DNA of 64,000 bases from a virus, in the IMG/VR virus record IMGVR_UViG_3300026488_000022, positions 1 through 64,000 of that record. One strand, 5' to 3'. The number at the start of each line of letters is the position of its first letter. Position 1 is the first letter of the stretch. The notes beneath the pieces were generated by a model. That model was not told the origin of the DNA, made no database searches, and saw only the letters and a list, made by a program, of their open reading frames with translations. Positions 47,185 through 56,119 of this stretch are shown here, in pieces. Made by a program: the position numbers and the translations under genes.

Positions 47185-48747
47185 TTAATTAATTTGATAT
47201 CCCCAAAGTTCGTCTTTATAAACATTACCATTACCATCTGCCCAATAAACAACGAAGCTTGAATTGTCATTTTCTTTAATCCCCCCTAAAACAAAAGTAG
47301 GTTTGTCTAACGGCTCTAATAATGCCACTGCATTATCATCATTTGCAATAAAATTAATAAACATCATCGCACGTCTTGTATCGTTGGCTTCTCCGTCATT
47401 ATTAATTAATTTTAGTCCGTTAGGTAAGTTATAAAATTTAATACTATCTTCATCACAATCAACTTCCATTCTTGTTGCATTATCTATGCTTGTGTATTTT
47501 GAGCTTGTAGCTCTAATATGCAAATGTTTTTTGTTATTTGAATTGTTATACCAATCAATCCTTGCTTGTGCCGGATAAGCAGTACCTAAACCAAAATTAT
47601 AACCTACCCAATTATCAGCACTTGTTGTGTCTTTATAAGCAAGATAAGTGCCACTATCTCCAGCTACAACATCATAAACGTTAATATTTGAACTTGTAAC
47701 ATCTACACCTAAACCAAGTGTTCCTGTTGTCCAATTATATTTTAAACTTTTTCCTAAAGTTGAACTTGCATTGTAATTGTCGTTTTGACTTATAACAACA
47801 TCGTAATTTACATAATCATTAGTTTTAACAGCTAATGCCTTCCATTCGTTTGAGTTACCTTTTCTTCTAACTATAATTTCTTCAGCGGAATTATCGTAAA
47901 TTAACTGCCCACCTTTTGGGTATTCGTTAATATCATTTTTCCAATCTTCAATTTTTTGATAAACAACATCGTGTGAATTTGCAGGTAAATAAACCCAGCT
48001 ATCACTCCATAAAACAAAACCTGAATATTTAATTTCTTTATTACCAACTAACGAAGTTTTACCTTTAAACCAACCAAAATGTCCATTTGAATTATAAATA
48101 GCAAGGTTTTGATTTTCATAATCAATCCAATAATAACCATCTTCGGGTGTTCCTTGTCCTGTGGCTGGGTATCCTGTGACATAATTAAAGCGATTATCCA
48201 TAGAACGATTAAAATCCCAACCAAAACCATCACGTGCTTTAATTGCATTTGAACGACCACAATATAGATTGTAATTATTTGTATTTCCATCAATAGAAAT
48301 ACCAGCACCAATGACACCATATTGATTAACAGCAAATTGAACTTGTGAGGTATAAGCTTGTATAATTTTTTCGCTATGTGTAAAAATTCTCAATGGTGTA
48401 ACACCATTATTATCAACAGTTGTATCAATATTTAGTGCTGAATTTGTACCTTGTGGGTTATGTTGTAAATATGGACTTGTTACAGCTTTGTCTCCGTTAA
48501 TTTTATATAAAAACTTTCCATTTTCACCTTCAATTGTTGTTCCGTATTTTATTTTTAAAAGTTGTCCATTATCAATTGCGTCTGTTACACTTACTCCAAC
48601 AACATCATTTGGATTAGCTACTAAAACATAATATTCAAAAATATCTTGGTCTGTTTGGATTTTTAAAATTTCACCTTTTCTAAACTTATTAAGCCCTGTA
48701 AATTGAATATCAACTACTGCAAAATTACTATGGGTGCTTATAGACAT
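47185..48747 (-). CDS. Fibre/receptor-binding-like virion protein
   Basis: Beta-rich, Gly/Asn-rich; N-terminal domain shared with 37440-38492; first gene of the late region. Confidence 0.55.
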   Translation of the reverse strand: MSISTHSNFAVVDIQFTGLNKFRKGEILKIQTDQDIFEYYVLVANPNDVVGVSVTDAIDNGQLLKIKYGTTIEGENGKFLYKINGDKAVTSPYLQHNPQGTNSALNIDTTVDNNGVTPLRIFTHSEKIIQAYTSQVQFAVNQYGVIGAGISIDGNTNNYNLYCGRSNAIKARDGFGWDFNRSMDNRFNYVTGYPATGQGTPEDGYYWIDYENQNLAIYNSNGHFGWFKGKTSLVGNKEIKYSGFVLWSDSWVYLPANSHDVVYQKIEDWKNDINEYPKGGQLIYDNSAEEIIVRRKGNSNEWKALAVKTNDYVNYDVVISQNDNYNASSTLGKSLKYNWTTGTLGLGVDVTSSNINVYDVVAGDSGTYLAYKDTTSADNWVGYNFGLGTAYPAQARIDWYNNSNNKKHLHIRATSSKYTSIDNATRMEVDCDEDSIKFYNLPNGLKLINNDGEANDTRRAMMFINFIANDDNAVALLEPLDKPTFVLGGIKENDNSSFVVYWADGNGNVYKDELWGYQIN

Positions 48748-48776
48748 TTTGTCTCCTTATATTGCTACTTTAAACA

Positions 48777-48784
48777 TATATCAG
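48777..48784 (-). promoter_or_regulatory. Putative late promoter CTGATATA
   Basis: 30 bp upstream of start 48747. Confidence 0.65.
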
Positions 48785-48805
48785 TTTAATATATAAGCTA
48801 TAATA

Positions 48806-48965
48806 ATTATAAAATGTTCTTGACCGCCGAAATGCTATTTTTCATTGTTTGTAGATAATTATAGTTTGTTAAAAGTCCGAATTTTAGGGCTTTCTGCTAC
48901 TGTCCAAAGTGTCCAAACCCTTAAAGTTATAATATATTATAATAGAGCTTTTAAAACAAAATTTT
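48806..48965. repeat. Dispersed element, copy H (inverted, divergent 38-bp spacer)
   Basis: ACCGCCGAAAT 48823-48833, spacer 48834-48871, AAAGTCCGAATTTTAGGGC...TGTCCAAAGTGTCCAAACCCTTAAAGT. Confidence 0.95.
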
Positions 48966-48974
48966 ATTTCTATC

Positions 48975-49003
48975 TTTACTTTTATTTTGCTTTTTGTTAT
49001 AAT
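48975..49003 (+). promoter_or_regulatory. Probable promoter of the Rep-like gene
   Basis: TTTACT-17 bp-TATAAT with extended -10 TG. Confidence 0.55.
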
Positions 49004-49041
49004 CTTTTAAAGATTTATAATTTATAAAAAGGAGTTGTAGA

Positions 49042-50928
49042 ATGATGAATGTAAGAAAAGAGAAAAGTAGAATTTTAACAGGAAATGATGTGATGAAAGA
49101 AAAAAAAGAAAAAATTTTTAAAGAAAAAACTTTAGAAATTTTATTTGTTAGAAAAACAAAAAAAGGAGAAATTTTAGCAACCCGACCGGATAAATTTGAA
49201 GATTTAATTGGGTTGCTAAAGAATTATACTATATTTATATATACTTTGTCAATACAAAAAGGACAATTTTTATCTATTTTTAATAATATTTTATTTTTAT
49301 TAGATAGAGCTGATAAAAATGATGTTTTTATCAAAAATTTTAAACATTTAATTTATGATTGGGCAACTAATAAAATTACAACAGACGAAATTGCAGATAA
49401 TTTTATTTCTTTTTATGAAGCCTTAACAGCTAATCATTTTGAAAGTAAAGGTTTTAGTTTTGTTGCTAATCCTTATAAAGTAACACAATATGATAAAGCA
49501 AGACCTAATACTAAAAATGGAAAGTTTTATAATATTTATAGAAAAGGTTATGAAGAAAATTTAGGTCTTGCTTTTGATAATGAAGTTTCTCTTGTTACTG
49601 CTTATTTCAAAATGCTTATAAATCCTCATTGTGCGTTTTATATTCCTAATAATAAATATTCTAAAAATTCTTTAAGATTTGATATTGATGATAAAAGTTT
49701 AAGTTTAGAAGAAATAACTTTATTAAGCAAGGCAACTATGAATGCTTTAAGTTTTAACGGACAAGTAGTAGTTTTAGAAACTACAAAAGGTTATCAAATT
49801 AGTATTTATATTCCTGTATTTTTTGTTAAAACATTTTTTGATAAAGATGATTATGTAGTTAGTGAAATTTTTGGTAAAAAAAGAAAAGTTACAAAAGCAT
49901 TTTACGCTTATCAATTTGTAGTTAAAAAATTTATTGAAAAATTTGAATTTTTAGCAAATGAATTATATGAAGTTAAATTAAAAATTGATAAATTTGCAGT
50001 CGAACAAGAAAAAGCAAGAATTTGGAGGAATTTTCAAGCTCATAATTATAATACATTTTCAATAACTGAAAATGATAGGACTACTATTTTTGATTTAGCT
50101 GGGGAATTTGAAAAAGAAGAAGAAAAAAAAGAAATAGTTAATTTATTTGAAGCTAAAACAATGAGTTATGCGGGTTTTAAACAAAAATTTTATAATGTTT
50201 ATAAATTTTCTAAAAAATATAAAGTAAATTTACCAGCTGTTAATTTAGAAATGGTAGGTAAATTTAGTGAAAATGCTGAAATGTTTTGGCTAACTAAAGC
50301 TTTAACTCATAAATTTATTATAAATTATAATCATTTATCAAATTTTAATATGCTTTTATTAGAGCTTTTCACTGCTATTGAAAATGATTTAATGTTTGTT
50401 TATGGTAATGAAAATGTTAAAGATGTTGTTTGGGATGTTTATGATTTTTATTTAGAAAATATGACAAAATACTTAAATGGACAAAAAATAGCAAGAAGTA
50501 AAACATTTAAAAAAATTACTGAAAGTTTAAAAGTAATTAAAAATGCTCCAGAAAATAAAAAAGAAAAGTTACAACAAGTTAAAATTGAAGTAGAAAAATT
50601 TGTAAATAATAAAGAAGATAAATTATCAGTTAGAAAATTAGCTGATTTAGTAAAAAATGTAGGGCTTGATTTTTCAAAATCTACAATCCATAATTACATT
50701 AAAAATGAAAATATGGATATTTTAGTAGAAATAATCGATATTTTATTAGAATATGTTATTATTTTAATGAACGGCAATAAACAAGAACAAGAAAAAGCAA
50801 TTTTATTATTAAAAATTGCTGATGAATTTCAAAGTGCTGTTAAGTTAATGGTAGTTATGATAAATCAAGGTTTGTTTTTACATAATGAAAAATTAAAAAA
50901 TTATTTTTACTACAATAAAAAGGAATGA
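49042..50928 (+). CDS. Putative AEP-superfamily replication initiator/primase with C-terminal HTH
   Basis: LRFDIDD (motif I), ETTKGYQI (motif II), KID...RIWR (motif III), LSVRKLAD...FSKSTIHNYIK HTH. Confidence 0.55.
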   Translation: MMNVRKEKSRILTGNDVMKEKKEKIFKEKTLEILFVRKTKKGEILATRPDKFEDLIGLLKNYTIFIYTLSIQKGQFLSIFNNILFLLDRADKNDVFIKNFKHLIYDWATNKITTDEIADNFISFYEALTANHFESKGFSFVANPYKVTQYDKARPNTKNGKFYNIYRKGYEENLGLAFDNEVSLVTAYFKMLINPHCAFYIPNNKYSKNSLRFDIDDKSLSLEEITLLSKATMNALSFNGQVVVLETTKGYQISIYIPVFFVKTFFDKDDYVVSEIFGKKRKVTKAFYAYQFVVKKFIEKFEFLANELYEVKLKIDKFAVEQEKARIWRNFQAHNYNTFSITENDRTTIFDLAGEFEKEEEKKEIVNLFEAKTMSYAGFKQKFYNVYKFSKKYKVNLPAVNLEMVGKFSENAEMFWLTKALTHKFIINYNHLSNFNMLLLELFTAIENDLMFVYGNENVKDVVWDVYDFYLENMTKYLNGQKIARSKTFKKITESLKVIKNAPENKKEKLQQVKIEVEKFVNNKEDKLSVRKLADLVKNVGLDFSKSTIHNYIKNENMDILVEIIDILLEYVIILMNGNKQEQEKAILLLKIADEFQSAVKLMVVMINQGLFLHNEKLKNYFYYNKKE

Positions 50929-51176
50929 AAATGCAAATAACTAAAACAAATCTTTTAAATCTTATTACAAATGACCCGATAATTTCAAAACTCTGGGAGG
51001 AAGGGTTAGCGTGGTTTGATTATTATAAAGAAAGAAAAGAAGAAAATGGTATGAGTTATGAAAAATATATGGTATATATGGATTTACGTCAAAAATGTAT
51101 AGAGTTAAAAAAAGAAAATTTAGATAAAAGAGAAGAGAAAATTATAAAAGATTTTGTTGATTTTTATTTTAATTAA
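50925..51176 (+). CDS. Hypothetical protein
   Basis: Coupled ORF in the plus-strand operon. Confidence 0.6.
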   Translation: MKMQITKTNLLNLITNDPIISKLWEEGLAWFDYYKERKEENGMSYEKYMVYMDLRQKCIELKKENLDKREEKIIKDFVDFYFN

Positions 51177-51188
51177 AAAGGAAAAATT

Positions 51189-51662
51189 ATGGAATTAATA
51201 AAAGCAGATTGGTCATTTGGTTTAAAAAATTTAAAATCACAAAATATCTCACTTACTAAAAAGCAATACGATGTTATTACACCTATTGTATTGCCTTCAA
51301 GAAATTATGATGAAATTAGAAGTGCATATGTTAAATCAGTGCAGAAATTAAGAAGGTATTATAACGCACCTGTTTTTTCTACAATGAAAATTGTGTATTT
51401 TAATAATATGAGTTGGTTTATTTATTCTAAAGCTTATTTAGAACAATGGTTAGAGTTTATGTTAAGAGAAGCAAATATCAAATTAAATGATTATATTTTT
51501 GAGCCACATAAACTATCTGAAAAAGTAATTAAAAAGGAAATTAAGTTTTTTATAAAACCAAAAGAAAAAGCACAATTTGATTTAGTTAAAATTTTTTATA
51601 AAGATAAAGCTATCGGATATAAAGTTGAAAACGAAGTTTTAAAATATAAGGAGATAAAATAA
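51189..51662 (+). CDS. Hypothetical protein
   Basis: AAGGA RBS, operon packing. Confidence 0.65.
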   Translation: MELIKADWSFGLKNLKSQNISLTKKQYDVITPIVLPSRNYDEIRSAYVKSVQKLRRYYNAPVFSTMKIVYFNNMSWFIYSKAYLEQWLEFMLREANIKLNDYIFEPHKLSEKVIKKEIKFFIKPKEKAQFDLVKIFYKDKAIGYKVENEVLKYKEIK

Positions 51663-51898
51663 TGTTATACAGAAAGGTTACTTTTGAAAGGTTAAAATTT
51701 TTATTAGAAAATTTAAATAAAAATGTTGAGGTTGTTGCTTATGTTTATGAGGATAATTGTAAAGTTGTTTTAAAAATAGGTAGTATTTTTTATGAAATAA
51801 AAGAAAAAAATCCAATTTTTGTCAATAAATCGAATAAATTTTATAAAATAATAAGGTTTTTAACCGAAAAAAACATAAAAAAGATAAAAAAATGTTAA
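51662..51898 (+). CDS. Hypothetical protein
   Basis: AAGGAG RBS, stop/start overlap. Confidence 0.6.
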   Translation: MLYRKVTFERLKFLLENLNKNVEVVAYVYEDNCKVVLKIGSIFYEIKEKNPIFVNKSNKFYKIIRFLTEKNIKKIKKC

Positions 51899-52410
51899 AA
51901 ATTTCTCCGATTTTTGCATTTTTTAAAGAAAAAAAGATAGAAAATTGGTTAAATCAACAAAAATTTAAAGAAATTGCTTTACTTTTTTATAAAATAAAGC
52001 AAAAAGAGCTTGAAAATTTAATAGCTGATTATAATGAAATAGAAATTTTAATGAGTTTTTTTAGTTATTTAAAAACTTATAACAAGTTAGATTATTTTTA
52101 TGTTTTACATAAAGAAGACAAAATGTTTGGCGTTTTAAGTTTTGATATTAATGAAGGCGACTTATATTTTAAAAAAGGTAAATATATGATATTTACTCAA
52201 ACCGGTGTTATTGGTGGATTAAACGAATTTTGGTTTTTGTTAAAACAATTCAAAATAAAAACCAAAGAAATTATTGAAATTGAAAAACCAGATTTTTATA
52301 TTTCTTATTTAAAAAATGTAAAACATAATGATAGATTATTTAGTTGGTTTATTAAAGCATATAATTTAAAAACAAAATTACATTATAATTTAAAATTTGT
52401 AGGAGAATAA
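51892..52410 (+). CDS. Hypothetical protein
   Basis: Operon packing. Confidence 0.6.
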   Translation: MLKISPIFAFFKEKKIENWLNQQKFKEIALLFYKIKQKELENLIADYNEIEILMSFFSYLKTYNKLDYFYVLHKEDKMFGVLSFDINEGDLYFKKGKYMIFTQTGVIGGLNEFWFLLKQFKIKTKEIIEIEKPDFYISYLKNVKHNDRLFSWFIKAYNLKTKLHYNLKFVGE

Positions 52411-52411
52411 A

Positions 52412-52690
52412 ATGAAAACAAATTTGATTTTATCTGATAAAAAACTTGGAAAAGAAAATAATCAAAAAATTGTGGATTTAATAAGAGAACTTTATCCTTA
52501 TTTATCAATAGACGCAGTAGCGAATTTAACAGGTTTATCAAGAACTAAAGTTAAAGAAATTTTAAAAGCTAATAATATTACAAAAGAAGAAGACCCGAGT
52601 TGGTATATAAATATTCCGATTGTAATTTGGTTACCAAAAAAATTATATGATAAGATTGATATAGAAAATTTAAAATTTATTGAAAAATAG
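52412..52690 (+). CDS. HTH DNA-binding protein
   Basis: LSIDAVANLTGLSRTKVKEIL. Confidence 0.7.
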   Translation: MKTNLILSDKKLGKENNQKIVDLIRELYPYLSIDAVANLTGLSRTKVKEILKANNITKEEDPSWYINIPIVIWLPKKLYDKIDIENLKFIEK

Positions 52691-52691
52691 C

Positions 52692-52720
52692 TTGACATAT
52701 ACATAGACAAAAGTTATAAT
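52692..52720 (+). promoter_or_regulatory. sigma70-type promoter
   Basis: TTGACA-17 bp-TATAAT before start 52750. Confidence 0.82.
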
Positions 52721-52749
52721 ATTTATACAAAAAATTTTAAGGAGAAAAA

Positions 52750-53193
52750 ATGGAAATGACAACTTCAGTTTATCTAAAACAACTGCTAACACCAGAAATT
52801 GTTTTAGCGATTTGTAATAATAAACCAACAAAAGTTAAAAATGAAATTCCGCTGTTAGCGGTTTTGACAAGAAAACTTGTTAAAGAAAAAAATTTAAAAA
52901 AAGATATAGAAAATTTTTGTGCTGTTGTAGGTTATGTAGCATATGTTGAATTTATGTTTGTTGAGGAAGATGATTATTTTGATGTAGATATGCTTGATAA
53001 TGCTTTTTATCTTTTAGTTGGTAAAATAGAAAAAGCAGGTATAGCTAAAGGTTTTATTAAACAATTTATCATAGATTGTTTTAAATCTTATTTTGGTATA
53101 AGTGATAAAACGATTGATACACTAATATGGAAATACCAAGATAAAAAAGAAAAATTACCTCAACAAATAGGAGGAGCAAATGTTAGAGCGTAA
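52750..53193 (+). CDS. Hypothetical protein
   Basis: Promoter and AAGGAG RBS. Confidence 0.7.
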   Translation: MEMTTSVYLKQLLTPEIVLAICNNKPTKVKNEIPLLAVLTRKLVKEKNLKKDIENFCAVVGYVAYVEFMFVEEDDYFDVDMLDNAFYLLVGKIEKAGIAKGFIKQFIIDCFKSYFGISDKTIDTLIWKYQDKKEKLPQQIGGANVRA

Positions 53194-53485
53194 ATTTAGT
53201 TGCTATCAAATCCAAAAAATAATGGATTTGTTTTATTTTAGAAAAGCTACAATTACAAAAATAGCAAAATATTTTAACGCAAGTTATAAAACAATTCAAT
53301 ATATAATCCAAGGCAAAACTTATAGGAATTGTTGGCGTTATGATAGATATGGTTGGGAGAATGAAGAAGATTTTAAAAGAGCGTATGAACATAGAAAAAA
53401 AGAAAATGTTAGGTTATATGGTAACGGGCGTAAAAGCCAAAGCATTGAAATGATGTTAAAACAATTAGAAAAGGGAAAAGTTTGA
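53180..53485 (+). CDS. HTH DNA-binding protein
   Basis: TITKIAKYFNASYKTIQYIIQGKTY. Confidence 0.7.
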   Translation: MLERKFSCYQIQKIMDLFYFRKATITKIAKYFNASYKTIQYIIQGKTYRNCWRYDRYGWENEEDFKRAYEHRKKENVRLYGNGRKSQSIEMMLKQLEKGKV

Positions 53486-53730
53486 AAATCATTTGGGTAG
53501 TAAAGTGCAAAAAGTGCAATGATGAAATTGAACGTGGTTTTTGTAAATGTGGAAATGTTGGGGTAAGGAAAAAAGGAAACCAAATTTTAGCTTTGTTTTG
53601 TGATGATTTAACAACTTGTAATTTAAAACAAATTGTTAAAAATAAAAACTTAATAATAAAAGAAAAAAGTTGGTTTCCTTTTAGTTTTGCTAAAGTTGAA
53701 AAAATAAATATGGAGTTAGATTATGAATGA
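53482..53730 (+). CDS. Small zinc-finger protein
   Basis: CKKC...CKCG. Confidence 0.6.
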   Translation: MKIIWVVKCKKCNDEIERGFCKCGNVGVRKKGNQILALFCDDLTTCNLKQIVKNKNLIIKEKSWFPFSFAKVEKINMELDYE

Positions 53731-53809
53731 TTTAGTTTTAGGTTTAACTTTATTAAGTTTTTATGTTGGTTTATTTTATATAATTCAAGAAATTTTAAAG
53801 GAGCATTAA
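53723..53809 (+). CDS. 28-aa hydrophobic peptide, not in the track
   Basis: MNDLVLGLTLLSFYVGLFYIIQEILKEH, GGAG RBS, fills the gap between neighbours. Confidence 0.5.
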   Translation: MNDLVLGLTLLSFYVGLFYIIQEILKEH

Positions 53810-54064
53810 ATGAGTAAATTAAGAGAAATTTTAACACCGTTTTTAATAATTTTATTTTTAGTGATTTTTGGTTTAGCGGGGTTATTATTATATGGTGTTT
53901 TAGGGTATCTTTTATTTTTATTTATAAATACAATATTTTATAGTGGAGAAATACTTGCAAATGCAAATTGGGAGGTAGTAGTTTTAGATTTAAAAATGGT
54001 TGTATTTTTGGGTTTAGCTGGTTTTTTGGTTTTTTTAATTGCTTATTTTGTAAATGAAAATTAA
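53810..54064 (+). CDS. Small membrane protein
   Basis: Two long hydrophobic segments, AAGGAG RBS. Confidence 0.65.
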   Translation: MSKLREILTPFLIILFLVIFGLAGLLLYGVLGYLLFLFINTIFYSGEILANANWEVVVLDLKMVVFLGLAGFLVFLIAYFVNEN

Positions 54065-54074
54065 AGGAGAATAA

Positions 54075-54248
54075 ATGAAAATTAGAGAAAGTTTCAATCT
54101 AAACGAAATAAAAAATCTTGTTTTTGACGAAAAAACGAAAGCGGTTTCTTTCGTTTATAATAATAAAAAAGTAACAGGTAAATTGATTTTCTTTTATAAA
54201 GGCGAAAACATATTAGTAATTGAAAAGGAAATAAAATGGTGTGGTTAA
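54075..54248 (+). CDS. 57-aa hypothetical protein, not in the track
   Basis: MKIRESFNLNEIKNLVFDE..., AAGGAG RBS. Confidence 0.6.
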   Translation: MKIRESFNLNEIKNLVFDEKTKAVSFVYNNKKVTGKLIFFYKGENILVIEKEIKWCG

Positions 54249-54478
54249 ATATTGAGAATATCGGTTTTTTAAAAGTTAGTGATATTAGTTATATTGGTGA
54301 AGTTAGTTTAATTGATTTTGATGAATATACTAATAAAAATTTGTATGGTTTTGAATTAGTAGTTGGTGGTGAGCTTTTACCTTTAATTTATGAAAACAAA
54401 GAAAAAGCGCTAAAAATTCATAGTGAAATTAAAAAACAACTTTTGATGAGCGCTAAAATAATTAAGTTGGAGGTTTAG
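54236..54478 (+). CDS. Hypothetical protein, possible paralog of the next gene
   Basis: Similar beta-strand/helix pattern to 54479-54724. Confidence 0.6.
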   Translation: MVWLNIENIGFLKVSDISYIGEVSLIDFDEYTNKNLYGFELVVGGELLPLIYENKEKALKIHSEIKKQLLMSAKIIKLEV

Positions 54479-54724
54479 ATGAAAATTTATAAATTAGGTG
54501 GGGATGTTTTTGATTTATCTAAGATTGAAGTTGTAAGTGAAATTGAACAGGTTGGGCTTGATTATAAATTTAAAGTAATAGTAAATGGAATTACACTTGC
54601 TTTTATTGATGATAATTTAGAAAAAGTTAAAAAAGAAAGAGAAAAATTAATAAAGGAGTGGAAAAATGAAAACCGCAACAAGCTTGAGTTTTTTAGAAAA
54701 TCTAAAAAGTACAGAAATAAGTGA
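54479..54724 (+). CDS. Hypothetical protein
   Basis: GGAGG RBS. Confidence 0.6.
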   Translation: MKIYKLGGDVFDLSKIEVVSEIEQVGLDYKFKVIVNGITLAFIDDNLEKVKKEREKLIKEWKNENRNKLEFFRKSKKYRNK

Positions 54725-54959
54725 GGAACAAGAAAAACAACTCATAAAATTTTATGAGTTGTTGTTTGAATATGAGAAAGAAATAGATAAATTAAGAGGT
54801 GAAAACAACATCTTGTTTATACAAGAAGAAGATAATGAATTTTTAGCTTATTTTAGCGGTGTCTATTTTTTACCAATAGATAAAGAGAAATTTTTTAGTT
54901 TTAGTTCAGATGATTTAATTATAATTGGTGAGTTTTTAGAGGAGGCTTTAAATGATTAA
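54666..54959 (+). CDS. Acidic hypothetical protein
   Basis: AAGGAG RBS. Confidence 0.6.
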   Translation: MKTATSLSFLENLKSTEISEEQEKQLIKFYELLFEYEKEIDKLRGENNILFIQEEDNEFLAYFSGVYFLPIDKEKFFSFSSDDLIIIGEFLEEALND

Positions 54960-55311
54960 ATTCATAAAACGCTATGTTTGTGATGGGGATTTTAAAGATG
55001 ATTTTGAAAATAAAGTGGTTTTTTATCAAGTTTTAGTTAAAAAACAAAAAGGTGGTTTTGCTTGGAATGATATTATAGTTAAAGGTTTTCTTGTATTTTT
55101 AAAAGGTGGTAGGTATGATAGGCATATAAAAGGAATGTACGAATTGAGCGAGGAAAAATGGCAAGAACTTGAAAACTTATTGTATGATACGGTCGAAAAA
55201 ATTGATTGTAAAGAAGAAAGTGAATTTGAAAGTTATGAAAAAGGTTTGGTTGGAATAACTTTACCAGAGCTTCACCAATTTTTAGAAAAAAACGGAAGGA
55301 AAGTAAAATGA
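54952..55311 (+). CDS. Hypothetical protein
   Basis: GGAGG RBS. Confidence 0.6.
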   Translation: MIKFIKRYVCDGDFKDDFENKVVFYQVLVKKQKGGFAWNDIIVKGFLVFLKGGRYDRHIKGMYELSEEKWQELENLLYDTVEKIDCKEESEFESYEKGLVGITLPELHQFLEKNGRKVK

Positions 55312-55607
55312 GAATTGTTGCCCTTCTTTTCGCTCTTTTTTCGCTATCTTTTAGTTGGGATTTGTTATGTATTGTAGGTAAAAAAGGTAATAAGTGGTAT
55401 AACGTTGAAGTGCAAGAAACTTTTCATTGTAGTTATGATGTTTTAGAGAAAAATGCGGTAGAAAAAAGCAAAAAAGGCGATTTGTTTATTTTTAAAATGC
55501 CTGATGGTAGGGTTATGTATTGTGAAAGCGATTGGGTTTGGAGTTTTAGAAATTTTGTTATTTTTGGGCGTGATAATTTTAACGAAAAGTTTTGCGAGGA
55601 AAAATAA
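55308..55607 (+). CDS. Predicted exported protein
   Basis: Signal peptide MRIVALLFALFSLSFS; four Cys. Confidence 0.6.
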   Translation: MRIVALLFALFSLSFSWDLLCIVGKKGNKWYNVEVQETFHCSYDVLEKNAVEKSKKGDLFIFKMPDGRVMYCESDWVWSFRNFVIFGRDNFNEKFCEEK

Positions 55608-56061
55608 CAAGAATTTTTTTGAAATGTTATATTAACATAATGTTTTTACTCTGTATATACTAAGCTAAAAAATAGTAATTGTTAGGTAATAGAAAGTCCG
55701 CCGGTTTGTTGAGCGGTCGGCAATCAAGGACCTCCCCCTTTTTTTGTTTGCTCCAGGTTCTTTCCATTTTGTTTTTATTTGGTGACAAACACTGATTTTT
55801 TACTTAACATAATGCATATTCTCTTGGAGAAAAAGCATTGTTTTCTTAAAGAAAATTTAAGTAGAAATAACGATTTTAAGTTTTGTTTAAGCTATTTATA
55901 AAAAGTTTTTTATTACTTGGAGGTGATTTTTGCTAAAAACACAAAATAAGTAGGTAGTTTATATAATAAGCGACAGGCACGATTTTTCGGTCAGTTTGTG
56001 TTCAAAAGGGTAGCGTTCTACAATAAAGGTGCAAAAAATGGTGCGTTTAGTAGGTCACATT

Positions 56062-56119
56062 GTAGCTTATATTTTCATTGCAAGTAGCTTATATTTTCAT
56101 TGCAAGTAGCTTATATTTT
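56062..56119. repeat. 22-bp tandem repeat, 2.6 copies
   Basis: GTAGCTTATATTTTCATTGCAA x2 plus GTAGCTTATATTTT. Confidence 0.95.

Noticed and set aside
37440-48747. Diversity-generating retroelement acting on the fibre genes
   Set aside because: No reverse transcriptase in the window and no near-identical TR/VR pair differing at adenines; paralog similarity is only at protein level
7524-48965. Dispersed element as a CRISPR array, IS or MITE
   Set aside because: Copies are kilobases apart, five spacers are nearly identical, and I see no terminal inverted repeats, target duplications, transposase or cas genes
55694-55701. AAAGTCCG as a ninth copy of the dispersed element
   Set aside because: Only 8 bp match; neither box 2 at 38 bp nor the TGTCCAAA repeats are present
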